A DNA stretch of 64,000 bases from positions 256,001 through 320,000 of the forward strand of contig CAWHWQ010000002.1 of NCBI GenBank assembly GCA_963833095.1, in the 5' to 3' direction. Both the position numbers and the translations under genes were made by a program. The stretch comes from Vulcanimicrobiota bacterium. Its GTDB lineage: Bacteria > Vulcanimicrobiota > Vulcanimicrobiia > Vulcanimicrobiales > Vulcanimicrobiaceae. How positions within the stretch are numbered: the first letter of the stretch is position 1; each line of letters begins with the position of its first letter. The notes beneath the pieces were generated by a model. That model was not told the DNA's origin. It worked only from the letters and a program-made list of their open reading frames with translations, and did no database searches. Below, piece after piece: positions 55,589-64,000 of the stretch.

Positions 55589-56520
55589 GATGGCGCCGTC
55601 AGGCGTTCGAGATCGACTTCGAGATCCAGGCCTTCGCTGCGCGTGCGCACGTCGTAGTAGTAGACGGCCAAAAGAATCGTGGTGAACGCCGTGACCGCGG
55701 CGTTGATAACCGTGCTGATCGCGAGCTGCACGATCGTGCTGTGGACGGCGGAGAGCGCGAGCAGCCCGGCGGCACCCGCGATAAAGGCCGCGCCGAATTC
55801 GATCGCCAGGTAGGCAAGTGAAATCAACGTCGCCTTTCCCAGCTCACGCCGGTTGAAGAGGCGCCGAAAGGCCTCGCCGATCCCATTTGCAGGCTTTAGT
55901 TCCTCGATGGTCGTCGCATAAAGCGCGAATGCGCAGCACATCAACAACAACAGAAAAAACAACACCACGGCGAGCAGCAACGCGATGGCCACTAGGGCGA
56001 GGGGAACGCCTAAAAACGGGAACGCCACCAACAACGCCCCTCCGGCCAAGGCAATGATCGTAGCGGCAACGACTACCGCCATGTATGCGGCCAAAAAAAT
56101 GAGCACGCACAAGACCATTGCTCCCACAAGCGGACCCCAGCGGCGCAGCACGCGCGCATATCCGTCTCGATACGTCGGCGTACGTCCCGCGTAGATCGAC
56201 GCGACACCGACTGCAACCGCGTTGTTGGTGAAGGGCGAGAAAATCAGCGCGACGGCGACGATGAGAAACAACGCGCTGTATTGCCCGGGCGAATAGGGTG
56301 AGAAGTGCGAGGTCGGGTGCTGGATCTGCGTCAAGAGCTGGGTCAATGAGTTGGCCGACGCATCCGTAACAAAATACTCAAGGATACCCAGCGGAACCAG
56401 CAGCGTGAGCACGATAAGCGTGAAGACGACGAAGTGGCGCACGTAGATCGTTACCGCGCGATCGAAGATCTCTCCGATCGAAAGTGCGCGTAACGAAGGC
56501 CGCCCCTGCAACTCGTCCAT
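55585..56520 (-). CDS. Integral membrane protein (first gene of the MoxR cluster)
   Basis: LRALSIGEIFD N-terminus; YYDVRTRSEGLDL C-terminus. Confidence 0.8.
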   Translation of the reverse strand: MDELQGRPSLRALSIGEIFDRAVTIYVRHFVVFTLIVLTLLVPLGILEYFVTDASANSLTQLLTQIQHPTSHFSPYSPGQYSALFLIVAVALIFSPFTNNAVAVGVASIYAGRTPTYRDGYARVLRRWGPLVGAMVLCVLIFLAAYMAVVVAATIIALAGGALLVAFPFLGVPLALVAIALLLAVVLFFLLLLMCCAFALYATTIEELKPANGIGEAFRRLFNRRELGKATLISLAYLAIEFGAAFIAGAAGLLALSAVHSTIVQLAISTVINAAVTAFTTILLAVYYYDVRTRSEGLDLEVDLERLTAPS

Positions 56521-56574
56521 TGCGCGGCCCCGTTCTTGAGGGTCATCGAGGCTTCCTAGCAGTAGCTATGGCCT

Positions 56575-57198
56575 ATGCAGATTGGGACGTTGCGTGCGAT
56601 CCGGCGCTATCCGGTAAAGAGTCTTGCGGGTGAGGTGCTGGATGCATGCGCCGTGCTTGCAAGCGGGCTCGAGGGCGACCGGGTCGAGGCGCTCATCGCC
56701 GAAGATGGTCCGCGTACCGGCAAAACCTATCGCGGGAAGGAAGACGACCGGCTGCACCGCCTGAGCTCCGCCGATGAAGCGCTCGCGCTTGCACCCGGCA
56801 CGCATTTGGAACAAAGCGATGACGAGGCGTTCTTTGACGACGCACCAGTCTCGCTCATCGTCGATCGCTGGCTCGACGGCGTTTCGTCGTTCGTCGGCTA
56901 TCGCGTCGAATTCGAGCGCTTTCGCCCGAATTTCTATATCGAGGCGGATCCCGGCGTGAAGATCGACGAAGCAACGCTCACCGGACGTGAATTGCAGTTG
57001 GGAGAGGTGACGCTGCGCGTACGCTATCCGATTGAGCGCTGCGTTGTGACGACCTACAATCTGCGCGGCGGTGAAGCCGACCCGCGCATTTTACGCTATG
57101 TCGCGCAGGCGCGGTCGAACTGGATGGGGATTTACTGCGACGTGCCGCGCGCGGGCGTCGCGCGCACCGGCGACTCGCTCGTGCTCATCGAACGCTGA
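56575..57198 (+). CDS. MOSC-domain protein
   Basis: RYPVKSLAGE, GDR, RFRPN, RCVVT, GIY. Confidence 0.9.
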   Translation: MQIGTLRAIRRYPVKSLAGEVLDACAVLASGLEGDRVEALIAEDGPRTGKTYRGKEDDRLHRLSSADEALALAPGTHLEQSDDEAFFDDAPVSLIVDRWLDGVSSFVGYRVEFERFRPNFYIEADPGVKIDEATLTGRELQLGEVTLRVRYPIERCVVTTYNLRGGEADPRILRYVAQARSNWMGIYCDVPRAGVARTGDSLVLIER

Positions 57199-57488
57199 AC
57201 GTCGTGCACGATGCGTTCGAGCGCATCGATGTACGCAAGAAACCGGTCGCGACCGGCGGGCGAGATGCGCACGATCGTTTGCGGACGACCCGAACCTGTA
57301 CGCCGCTGCGTTTCCACGATCGCTTCTTCGGCAAGCGCGTGTAAATGACGATTGAGATTGCCGTCGGTCAGGGCGCACGCATCCTGCAACTGCGTGAACG
57401 AGACGCCGTCGGGATGCGCAACGAGCATCGAGCAAATCGCCAACCGACCGCGTTCGTGAAAGACGCGATCCAAATCGGTTGCGCTCAT
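57132..57488 (-). CDS. Winged-helix transcriptional regulator (HTH_34/MarR-like)
   Basis: LDRVFHERGRLAI, LTDGNLNRHL, GRDRFLAY. Confidence 0.88.
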   Translation of the reverse strand: MSATDLDRVFHERGRLAICSMLVAHPDGVSFTQLQDACALTDGNLNRHLHALAEEAIVETQRRTGSGRPQTIVRISPAGRDRFLAYIDALERIVHDVQRSMSTSESPVRATPARGTSQ

Positions 57489-58090
57489 GGATGCTCCCGC
57501 CGGTCGCGCGCGACCAGCACGCCGATTGCAATTTGTCCCACACCGAAACCGATAGGCAGCACCCACCAGGCAAGCGCGATCGCCGAGGGCACGAAGAGCA
57601 GCGCGATTCCCGCCGCCAAGAAAAACGCCGCAATCGGTAACACGTCGCGCGGCAACATCGTGCGCGACGCGAAGAGACCGACGCCATAACATCCGTACCA
57701 CACGCCGGGCAGATACGAAAACGCACCGCGCGTGACGAGCGCAAGCGTGATCGCCGCGCCAAGCGCAATCGCCGGAAGAATCGCAAGGCCCACGGTGCGC
57801 GTTTGCCAACGATCGCGCGCGCTTGCGTCGCTCACGAACCAATGCGCGATCGATCCGTAATTGACGATCGCCGCAGCCGTTCCGCAGACGAGCCAAATCG
57901 ACGCATAGACGCGAGCTTCATACCCGTTGTGGGGCACCGCCACGAGCAACGCTTGCAAAACGCCCGCGGCGATGGCAAAACACCCTGAGGCAATTGCGGC
58001 GACGCCGGAGTACCCGCGGAAACGCTGCGTCATCGCCAGGCGTTCACGGACTTCGGCGATGTCGAGCACCGCGCGTTCCAGATCGGTCAT
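57485..58090 (-). CDS. Membrane protein coupled to the regulator
   Basis: About 6 TM segments; AVLDIAEVRERL...FRGYSG N-terminus. Confidence 0.8.
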   Translation of the reverse strand: MTDLERAVLDIAEVRERLAMTQRFRGYSGVAAIASGCFAIAAGVLQALLVAVPHNGYEARVYASIWLVCGTAAAIVNYGSIAHWFVSDASARDRWQTRTVGLAILPAIALGAAITLALVTRGAFSYLPGVWYGCYGVGLFASRTMLPRDVLPIAAFFLAAGIALLFVPSAIALAWWVLPIGFGVGQIAIGVLVARDRREHP

Positions 58091-58149
58091 GTTCTACTTT
58101 GTACCACAAAGTCCAAGCTCGCGGCAACGCGGGCACTCACCCGTGGTGC

Positions 58150-58836
58150 ATGGAGCGGCAAGCGGGCTTCACCTTGATCGAGACCCTGGTGGGAGCGGCG
58201 ATCGCGGTGATCATGATCGGGGGCCTGGTGGTTCTGGTCGACCGGATGGTCGTGTGGGCGAACGCTGCAAACCTTCGCGTGAACGGCAGCGCGAACGCGG
58301 CCCGCCTGATCGAGCGGCTCTCGAGCGATGCCGCCGGCGCTTGGGCGGTCTTTGTGCCTTCGACCGATATCCTCGGGCAGAGCAACACCGACGGCCACGA
58401 GATCGACTTCTTCTCCGAAGACGGCGCGCATCGCGTCTATGCGTGGGCGTACACCTTCGATGCGAGCACCAAATCGGTTACGCGCTACGCAATCGTCTCG
58501 GGCGGCGCGCCGGTTGCCGGCGACGTCATCGGCGACATCGATAGCTTGCGCGCAACGCCGGCGAGTGTCTCCGGCCTAAGCTCGTCCGCGAGCGCCGCAT
58601 ACGATCCGCTTTTTGCATCCGCAAGCGCAACCGATGTGCCGTACACGTTTTCAGCGATGCCGAGTGCCATCGGTGGTAATCGGTTGGTTGCGGTGCAGCT
58701 CGTCGCAAGCGGCGTCACGCGCGACGTTGCGCTAGCGAGCGAAGATGCACCGACCACGTTTACGGTAGTCGTCAATTACACACCGTCGCCGGCACCCGTT
58801 GTAACGCCATCACCATCGCCCGTCCCCTTGTGGTAG
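58150..58836 (+). CDS. Prepilin-type N-terminal cleavage/methylation protein
   Basis: QAG|FTLIETLV class III signal. Confidence 0.85.
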   Translation: MERQAGFTLIETLVGAAIAVIMIGGLVVLVDRMVVWANAANLRVNGSANAARLIERLSSDAAGAWAVFVPSTDILGQSNTDGHEIDFFSEDGAHRVYAWAYTFDASTKSVTRYAIVSGGAPVAGDVIGDIDSLRATPASVSGLSSSASAAYDPLFASASATDVPYTFSAMPSAIGGNRLVAVQLVASGVTRDVALASEDAPTTFTVVVNYTPSPAPVVTPSPSPVPLW

Positions 58837-58899
58837 GTGCACCACGCGGGAAAAGCCCATGCCGCAGCGCAGTAATGCCTTCCACGCTGGGAGGATGAA

Positions 58900-59643
58900 A
58901 TGTTCACAGGACGGGTTGCCATCGTTACCGGGGGCACGCGCGGCATTGGGCTTGCCATCACGCAAGCGCTCGCGCAAGCGCACGCGCATGTTGCCGCGGG
59001 TTACAGCAAGGACGCCGGAAAGGCCGAACGCTGCGCGGAAACGCAGCGCGCCGGTGGCCACTCCGTCTCCACGCATCAAGGACGCGTCGATGATTTCGAT
59101 GATTGCAAGCGCGTCTTCGACGAGGTGCTCAAAGAATATGGGCGCGTCGATTTCCTCATCAATAACGCGGGCATTACCTTGGACAAGACCCTGCGTAAGA
59201 TGAGCGCCGAAGATTGGTGCAACGTCATCAACGTCAATCTCTCCGGCGCATTCAACATGACCAAAGCCGTGCTCGAGCACATGATCGAACGCGGATCGGG
59301 CCGCATTATCAACATCAGCTCGGTCATCGGCTCGACCGGTAACATCGGTCAGGCCAACTACGCCGCCTCCAAGGCCGGCCTCTTCGGCTTCACCAAGTCG
59401 CTCGCGCTCGAGACGGCCAATAAGGGCATCACGGCCAACGTGGTGGCGCCCGGCTTCATCGCGACCGAGATGGTCGAGTCGATGCCGGAAGCTGCGCTCG
59501 CCAAGGTCGTCGAGAAGATCCCCACCAAGCGGCTGGGCAAGCCCGCCGAGGTGGCGCGGGTCGTGAAATTCCTCTGCGAGGACGACTCGGCCTATATAAC
59601 GGGAGCGGCGTTCCACGTCAACGGCGGCCTGGACATGGCGTAG
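58900..59643 (+). CDS. phaB: Acetoacetyl-CoA reductase / SDR (copy 1)
   Basis: TGGTRGIG, NNAGITLD, GQANYAASK; next to phaC. Confidence 0.85.
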   Translation: MFTGRVAIVTGGTRGIGLAITQALAQAHAHVAAGYSKDAGKAERCAETQRAGGHSVSTHQGRVDDFDDCKRVFDEVLKEYGRVDFLINNAGITLDKTLRKMSAEDWCNVINVNLSGAFNMTKAVLEHMIERGSGRIINISSVIGSTGNIGQANYAASKAGLFGFTKSLALETANKGITANVVAPGFIATEMVESMPEAALAKVVEKIPTKRLGKPAEVARVVKFLCEDDSAYITGAAFHVNGGLDMA

Positions 59644-59645
59644 TT

Positions 59646-59735
59646 CGTCATCCCGGGTGTAGCAAAGCGACGTCGAGGGCAGATCCCAGGCGGTGCTGCC
59701 GGCTCCGGTGCTCGGCGCCTACCCCCAGCATGACA
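59646..59735. repeat. Degenerate inverted pair of TGTCATC-family repeats
   Basis: CGTCATCCCGGGTGTAGCAAAGCGACGTCGAGGGC (59646-59680) and a decayed inverse arm CTACCCCCAGCATGACA (59719-59735). Confidence 0.65.
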
Positions 59736-59821
59736 AGCCTGGCGCCTTTGGCCATCCGGATAAAGTTCCTAAGGTTTTCTTCACCTTTTGCTAGGTAAGC
59801 ACAGCGGATGGGTACAAAGTA

Positions 59822-60610
59822 GTGCCCATGATAACCACCTCGACTGCCCCCTCGGGAGCGCTCACGCGCCTCGAAGGTCGAGTGGCGATCGTGACCGGCG
59901 GTTCGCGCGGTATAGGCGGCGCGATTTCGACGGCGCTCGCTGCCGACGGTGCGACTGTAGCCGTGCTCGGTATACCGGCCGATCGCGAACGTACGGAAAC
60001 GTTGCGCGCGTCGCTTAACGGTACCGCGAAACTCGTCCATTTTTATGAAGCCGACGTCGCCGATCCGCATGCGTGCGAAGCCGCGGCGCAAGCAGCGATC
60101 GCGGAACACGGGAAAGTCGACATCCTCGTCAACAACGCCGGCATCACCAAAGATCGCACGGCGCGCAAGATGTCGATCGAAGAATGGCAAGCGGTCCTGA
60201 ACGTGAACCTGTCAGGGCCGTTTTTTATGATCAAAGCCGTGCTCGATCATATGCTCGGACAAGAGTACGGGCGCATCGTAAACATCAGCTCCGTCGTCGG
60301 TCACATGGGCAACTTCGGTCAAGCAAATTATGCCGCTGCGAAAGCAGGGCTGCTCGGGCTAACCAAGACACTCGCACTTGAAACTGCGCGCAGTGGTATC
60401 ACCGTCAATGCGGTCGCGCCGGGTTTCATCGCGACCGAAATGGTCAATGCCATGCCGCAAGCCGCGATCGACGCCGCGCGCGGGCGCACTCCGGTCGATC
60501 GCCTCGGTCTGCCGTGGGAGGTCGCGCGCGTCGTGCGCTTCTTGGTCGACGACAATTCCGGATACATCACCGGCGCGACCTACGACGTCAACGGGGGCAT
60601 GTACATGTGA
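59822..60610 (+). CDS. phaB: Acetoacetyl-CoA reductase / SDR (copy 2)
   Basis: TGGSRGIG, NNAGITKD, GQANYAAAK; overlaps the phaC start. Confidence 0.85.
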   Translation: MPMITTSTAPSGALTRLEGRVAIVTGGSRGIGGAISTALAADGATVAVLGIPADRERTETLRASLNGTAKLVHFYEADVADPHACEAAAQAAIAEHGKVDILVNNAGITKDRTARKMSIEEWQAVLNVNLSGPFFMIKAVLDHMLGQEYGRIVNISSVVGHMGNFGQANYAAAKAGLLGLTKTLALETARSGITVNAVAPGFIATEMVNAMPQAAIDAARGRTPVDRLGLPWEVARVVRFLVDDNSGYITGATYDVNGGMYM

Positions 60611-62490
60611 TGATCGGCTCGGTACCGCTCGAAGAGTTCAGCTACGGTCTCGATCTTTCCGGTGCCGATCCGGCATCGCTCAATGATGCGCTGCGCGCGG
60701 TGACGCTCGACGTGATGAGCGATCCCGTGCGCATGGGCACGATCGTCACGGGTTTGATGTTCGCACAGCAAGGCGTCGCAATGAATGCGCTGCGCCGTAT
60801 GCAAGGCGAGAATCCGCCGCCCGCGGTCGATGTGCACGGCGACAAGCGCTTTTCGGATCCCGCGTGGACCAGCAATCCGTTCCTCATCTCGATGGTCGAA
60901 GAATATCTGCTCCGCCGGCAGTACGCGCAGCAATTGGTCGAAAGTTCGCGTCTTCCCGAAGCGACCAAACGCAAAGCGCGCTTTGCGATGAACATGATGA
61001 TGGACGCGCTAGCGCCAAGCAATTTGCCCTGGCTCAATCCTTCGGTGATTAAAGAAGCCGTGGACACCGGTGGCACCAGCCTCATCGAAGGGCTCACCGA
61101 AATGCTCGACGACGTGCAGAACAACGGCGGCTATCCAAAGCAAGTCGATACGTCGGCGTTTACCTTGGGTGAGACGCTCGCGGCCACGCCCGGCGAAGTG
61201 GTTTTTCGCAACGAGCTCATCGAGTTCATCGCCTATTATCCGCAGACCGAGACGGTCTACGAGCGGCCGATTCTGATGTCGCCGCCGTGGATCAACAAGT
61301 ATTACATCATGGACCTCGCACCGGGACGTTCGTTCGTCGAATGGGCGGTGCAGCGCGGCCATCAAGTCTTCATGATCAGCTATCGCAATCCCGATGAGAC
61401 GATGCGGGATTACACGATGGACACGTATTTCGAAAAAGGCATCCTTGCCGCGCTGGGTGCGGTGGAACGCATCACCGGCGCGCCGCAAGTCAATCTCGCC
61501 GCGCTCTGCGTCGGTGGGACGATGACGCTGATGTTTCTCGCATATCTAGCAGCCAAGGGTGAAGAGCATCGCATCGGTGCGGTCACGCTGACCAACACGA
61601 TTCTCGATTTCGCCGAACCCGGCGATCTGGGCGTGTTCACCGACGAAGCTTCGATCGCGAAGCTTGAAAAGAGCATGCAAGAACGAGGGTTTCTCGAGTC
61701 GAGCGAAATGGCCGGAACCTTCAATTGGATGCGCGCCAACGATTTGATCTGGAGCTACGTCGTCTCGAATTGGTACATGGGCAAAAAGCCGCCCGCGTTC
61801 GACATTCTCACCTGGAATGCCGACGCGACGCGGATGCCCGCGGCTATGCATTCGCAGTATCTGCGTTCGTGTTACCTGCACAATCTGCTCGTCGTGCCCA
61901 ATGCGTTCGTGCTCGACAACGTTCCGCTCGACATGGGCAAAGTCACGACACCGCTGTACGTGCTCGGCGCCGAAGCCGATCACATCGCGCCGTGGCGCAC
62001 CAGCTTTGCAACGTCGCAATACGTCGGTGGTCCGGTGAAATATACGCGCACCAATTCCGGACACGTCGCGGGCATTTGCAATCCGCCCGGCAATCCGAAG
62101 TCATGCCACTGGACGTGCGATACCGTCGAACCGGGTGAAGATCCCGACGCGTGGCTCGCGCGCAGCACCAAACACCAGGGAAGCTGGTGGGAAGATTGGT
62201 CGGCATGGGCCGACGCGCACGGCGGCGCACGCCGCGAACCTTATCCGCTGCCCAACGGCGGCGAACCGGCACCGGGCCGGTACGTCAGGAACGAAATGGG
62301 AACCGATCGATTTACTGCTCCTCAACCACAGAGGCCACCGTCGTATGATGAACAATCGCGACCACTTGAAGGGCCTGGGCGAGTTCATTCGCACGCAGCG
62401 CGAGCTGGCGAATCTCTCCCTCCGGCAGCTCGCCGACCTCGCGAAGGTCTCAAATCCGTACCTCAGCCAGGTCGAGCGCGGACTCTATAA
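60607..62490 (+). CDS. phaC: Polyhydroxyalkanoate synthase (class I/II size)
   Basis: DKRFSDPAW, TPGEVVFRN, PPWINKYYIMDL, LCVGG (Cys), ADHIAPW, SGHVAG, GSWW; true 3' end uncertain. Confidence 0.93.
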   Translation: MMIGSVPLEEFSYGLDLSGADPASLNDALRAVTLDVMSDPVRMGTIVTGLMFAQQGVAMNALRRMQGENPPPAVDVHGDKRFSDPAWTSNPFLISMVEEYLLRRQYAQQLVESSRLPEATKRKARFAMNMMMDALAPSNLPWLNPSVIKEAVDTGGTSLIEGLTEMLDDVQNNGGYPKQVDTSAFTLGETLAATPGEVVFRNELIEFIAYYPQTETVYERPILMSPPWINKYYIMDLAPGRSFVEWAVQRGHQVFMISYRNPDETMRDYTMDTYFEKGILAALGAVERITGAPQVNLAALCVGGTMTLMFLAYLAAKGEEHRIGAVTLTNTILDFAEPGDLGVFTDEASIAKLEKSMQERGFLESSEMAGTFNWMRANDLIWSYVVSNWYMGKKPPAFDILTWNADATRMPAAMHSQYLRSCYLHNLLVVPNAFVLDNVPLDMGKVTTPLYVLGAEADHIAPWRTSFATSQYVGGPVKYTRTNSGHVAGICNPPGNPKSCHWTCDTVEPGEDPDAWLARSTKHQGSWWEDWSAWADAHGGARREPYPLPNGGEPAPGRYVRNEMGTDRFTAPQPQRPPSYDEQSRPLEGPGRVHSHAARAGESLPPAARRPREGLKSVPQPGRARTL

Positions 62491-62701
62491 GCCCTCGGCC
62501 GAGGTCCTCAAGCAGATCGCCCGGGCGCTGCATCTGTCGGCCGAGACGTTCTACGCCCAGGCCGGGCTGCTCGACGACAACGTCCGCAACGAGGCGGCCG
62601 ATGCGGTCGAATCCGCGGTCAAGCTCGACCCGCGGCTGACGGCCGAGCAAAAGGACACCCTTATCCGGGTCTATCGAGGGTTTGCCGGCGACCGGACTTG
62701 A
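62345..62701 (+). CDS. XRE-family HTH transcriptional regulator
   Basis: LGEFIRTQRELANLSLRQLADLAKVSNPYLSQVERGL.KPSAEVL. Confidence 0.9.
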   Translation: MMNNRDHLKGLGEFIRTQRELANLSLRQLADLAKVSNPYLSQVERGLYKPSAEVLKQIARALHLSAETFYAQAGLLDDNVRNEAADAVESAVKLDPRLTAEQKDTLIRVYRGFAGDRT

Positions 62702-62727
62702 CAGACTACCCGTGCGCTTGGTACACT
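62698..62727 (+). promoter_or_regulatory. Sigma70-type promoter of the phasin-like gene
   Basis: TTGACA-N18-TACACT with extended -10 TG; SD-like AAGGGAG before ATG 62759. Confidence 0.65.
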
Positions 62728-62758
62728 TAGCGCACAACGAATGTAAGGGAGTCTATCC

Positions 62759-63013
62759 ATGAATAACTACACTGAAGTCCTCGAGAAGGCCCAAACCGAG
62801 TTTCTGAGCGGTCTCAAGCAGGCGCAAGAGCTGAACATCAAGGCGCTTACCACCGTGACCGAGCTGTTCGAATCGAACGGCGCGACGGCCCAGCTGCCGA
62901 CGCCGGCGGAGATCGTTGAGCGCAGCTTTGCGTTCACGAACCAACTGCTCGAGACGCGCAAAGAGTACATGCTCAAGCTCGCGGAACTTCTTCCGAAGAA
63001 CCAACAGAACTAA
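62759..63013 (+). CDS. Small amphipathic helical protein, phasin-like
   Basis: 84 aa, helical, PTPAEIVERSFAFTNQLL; strong promoter, RBS and terminator; in the PHA cluster. Confidence 0.7.
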   Translation: MNNYTEVLEKAQTEFLSGLKQAQELNIKALTTVTELFESNGATAQLPTPAEIVERSFAFTNQLLETRKEYMLKLAELLPKNQQN

Positions 63014-63037
63014 CGCAATCGTTTCGCAAATGTAAAG

Positions 63038-63065
63038 AACCTCGGCTTTTTGCCGGGGTTTTTTT
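63038..63065 (+). terminator. Rho-independent terminator
   Basis: AACCTCGGC-TTTTT-GCCGGGGTT followed by a T-run. Confidence 0.85.
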
Positions 63066-63185
63066 CTTAATCCTCATCCCCGACTAAAGTTAACATCCGC
63101 CAGACGTTGCAGATACATTCACTTAACCTGTGAACCGTTTGCCTGCCTAGTTTGTCGCATAGCCGAGCCCGACAACTTGAAGGTA

Positions 63186-64000
63186 ATGCAACACATCTTT
63201 GATGGCTTGCCGGTTTTGACATCATTCCTCAGCATCGTTCTGGGAGTGGTGGCCTGCTTTTTCGGAAGTCTCGTCGGCTTCGGCGGCGGCTTCATCTCGG
63301 TGCCGATTCTGCGGCTCTCAGGACACCTGACGCCGCAAGTCGTGGCGGCAACGTCGCTCTTCATGGTCGGCGTCAATGTCGCGGTTGCCTCATTCGCGCT
63401 GCGCAAGAAGAAGCGCATCAATCTGCGGATCGGCTGGTCGGTCGGCCTTGGCGGCATCGCCGGCGCGCTGTTCGGCGTCTTCGCCCTCAAGTTCGTCAGC
63501 TCGGGCCAGTTTGACATCCTCTACGGCGCGATGCTGTTGTTCATCGCGTACAACATGCTCAAGCCCAGCAAGCCCCTGTCGATTCCTGAAACGGCGATCG
63601 AGTCGGATCGTTCGCAGCGCACGAGCAATTACGAATTCGCGGTGATGGGCCTGCTGGTCGGATTTTCTTCGAGTCTGTTCGGCATCGGGGCCGGCACGGT
63701 CGCGATCCCGCTCTTGCTGTGGCGCTATAAGCTGCCCGCGTACGTCGCGATGCCGACCGCGTCGTTCATCGCCACGATCTACATTTGGCCCGGCGTCATC
63801 GCACAAATCCACGAAGCGCGCGTCGACTGGGCACTCGCCATTCCGCTCTCAATCGGCGCTGTGCTCGGCGCGTATTTCGGCGCCCGCTACTCCAACCGCT
63901 TGAAATCGCCGCAGCTCACGCGCATCTTCGGCGCCATCTGCGTCGTCACGTTCATCACCCTGAGCGTTCGGCATCTGCCGATGTTCCAACACCACGCAAC
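63186..64000 (+). CDS. TauE/SafE-family membrane protein (runs off the window end)
   Basis: My translation: MQHIFDG...GSLVGFGGGFISVP...ATSL...SSLFGIGAGTVAIP; open to the end of the window. Confidence 0.88.
   Translation, partial: MQHIFDGLPVLTSFLSIVLGVVACFFGSLVGFGGGFISVPILRLSGHLTPQVVAATSLFMVGVNVAVASFALRKKKRINLRIGWSVGLGGIAGALFGVFALKFVSSGQFDILYGAMLLFIAYNMLKPSKPLSIPETAIESDRSQRTSNYEFAVMGLLVGFSSSLFGIGAGTVAIPLLLWRYKLPAYVAMPTASFIATIYIWPGVIAQIHEARVDWALAIPLSIGAVLGAYFGARYSNRLKSPQLTRIFGAICVVTFITLSVRHLPMFQHHA

Noticed and set aside
49503..56520. MoxR/DUF58/DUF4350/DUF4129/RDD/SpoIIM cluster as a novel system
   Set aside because: A widely distributed, already recognised gene neighbourhood, although its function is poorly known

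Overview
A 64-kb, GC-rich bacterial chromosomal segment that is almost entirely coding. Gene style and content suggest Vulcanimicrobiota/Ca. Eremiobacterota, but that is inference only. Housekeeping blocks: a kgd-type E2-E1 2-oxoglutarate dehydrogenase fusion; an ECF sigma/anti-sigma, cupredoxin, SCO and two-component cluster; ftsEX-HK-REC/GGDEF-M23-ctpA-ctpA; RNase E/G; minC-minD-minD-minE-rodA; a MoxR/DUF58/RDD/SpoIIM cluster; and phaB-phaB-phaC-XRE-phasin. No rRNA, tRNA, CRISPR array or classical transposase was recognised. The standout signal is a 42-bp palindromic repeat family (TGTCATCCCGAGCGTA-[variable hairpin]-G(A/T)AGTCGAGGGAC). It forms inverted tandem arrays on both sides of a small stand-alone GIY-YIG nuclease gene (48810-49506), an arrangement analogous to REP/RAYT loci but with a GIY-YIG enzyme. 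The same repeat occurs as inverted pairs just after stop codons (27119-27317, 36099-36475, degenerate 59646-59735) and as exact 14-codon in-frame insertions inside two protein genes (10724-10765, 40853-40894). Four genes carry single-base frameshifts that are most likely sequencing or assembly indels.
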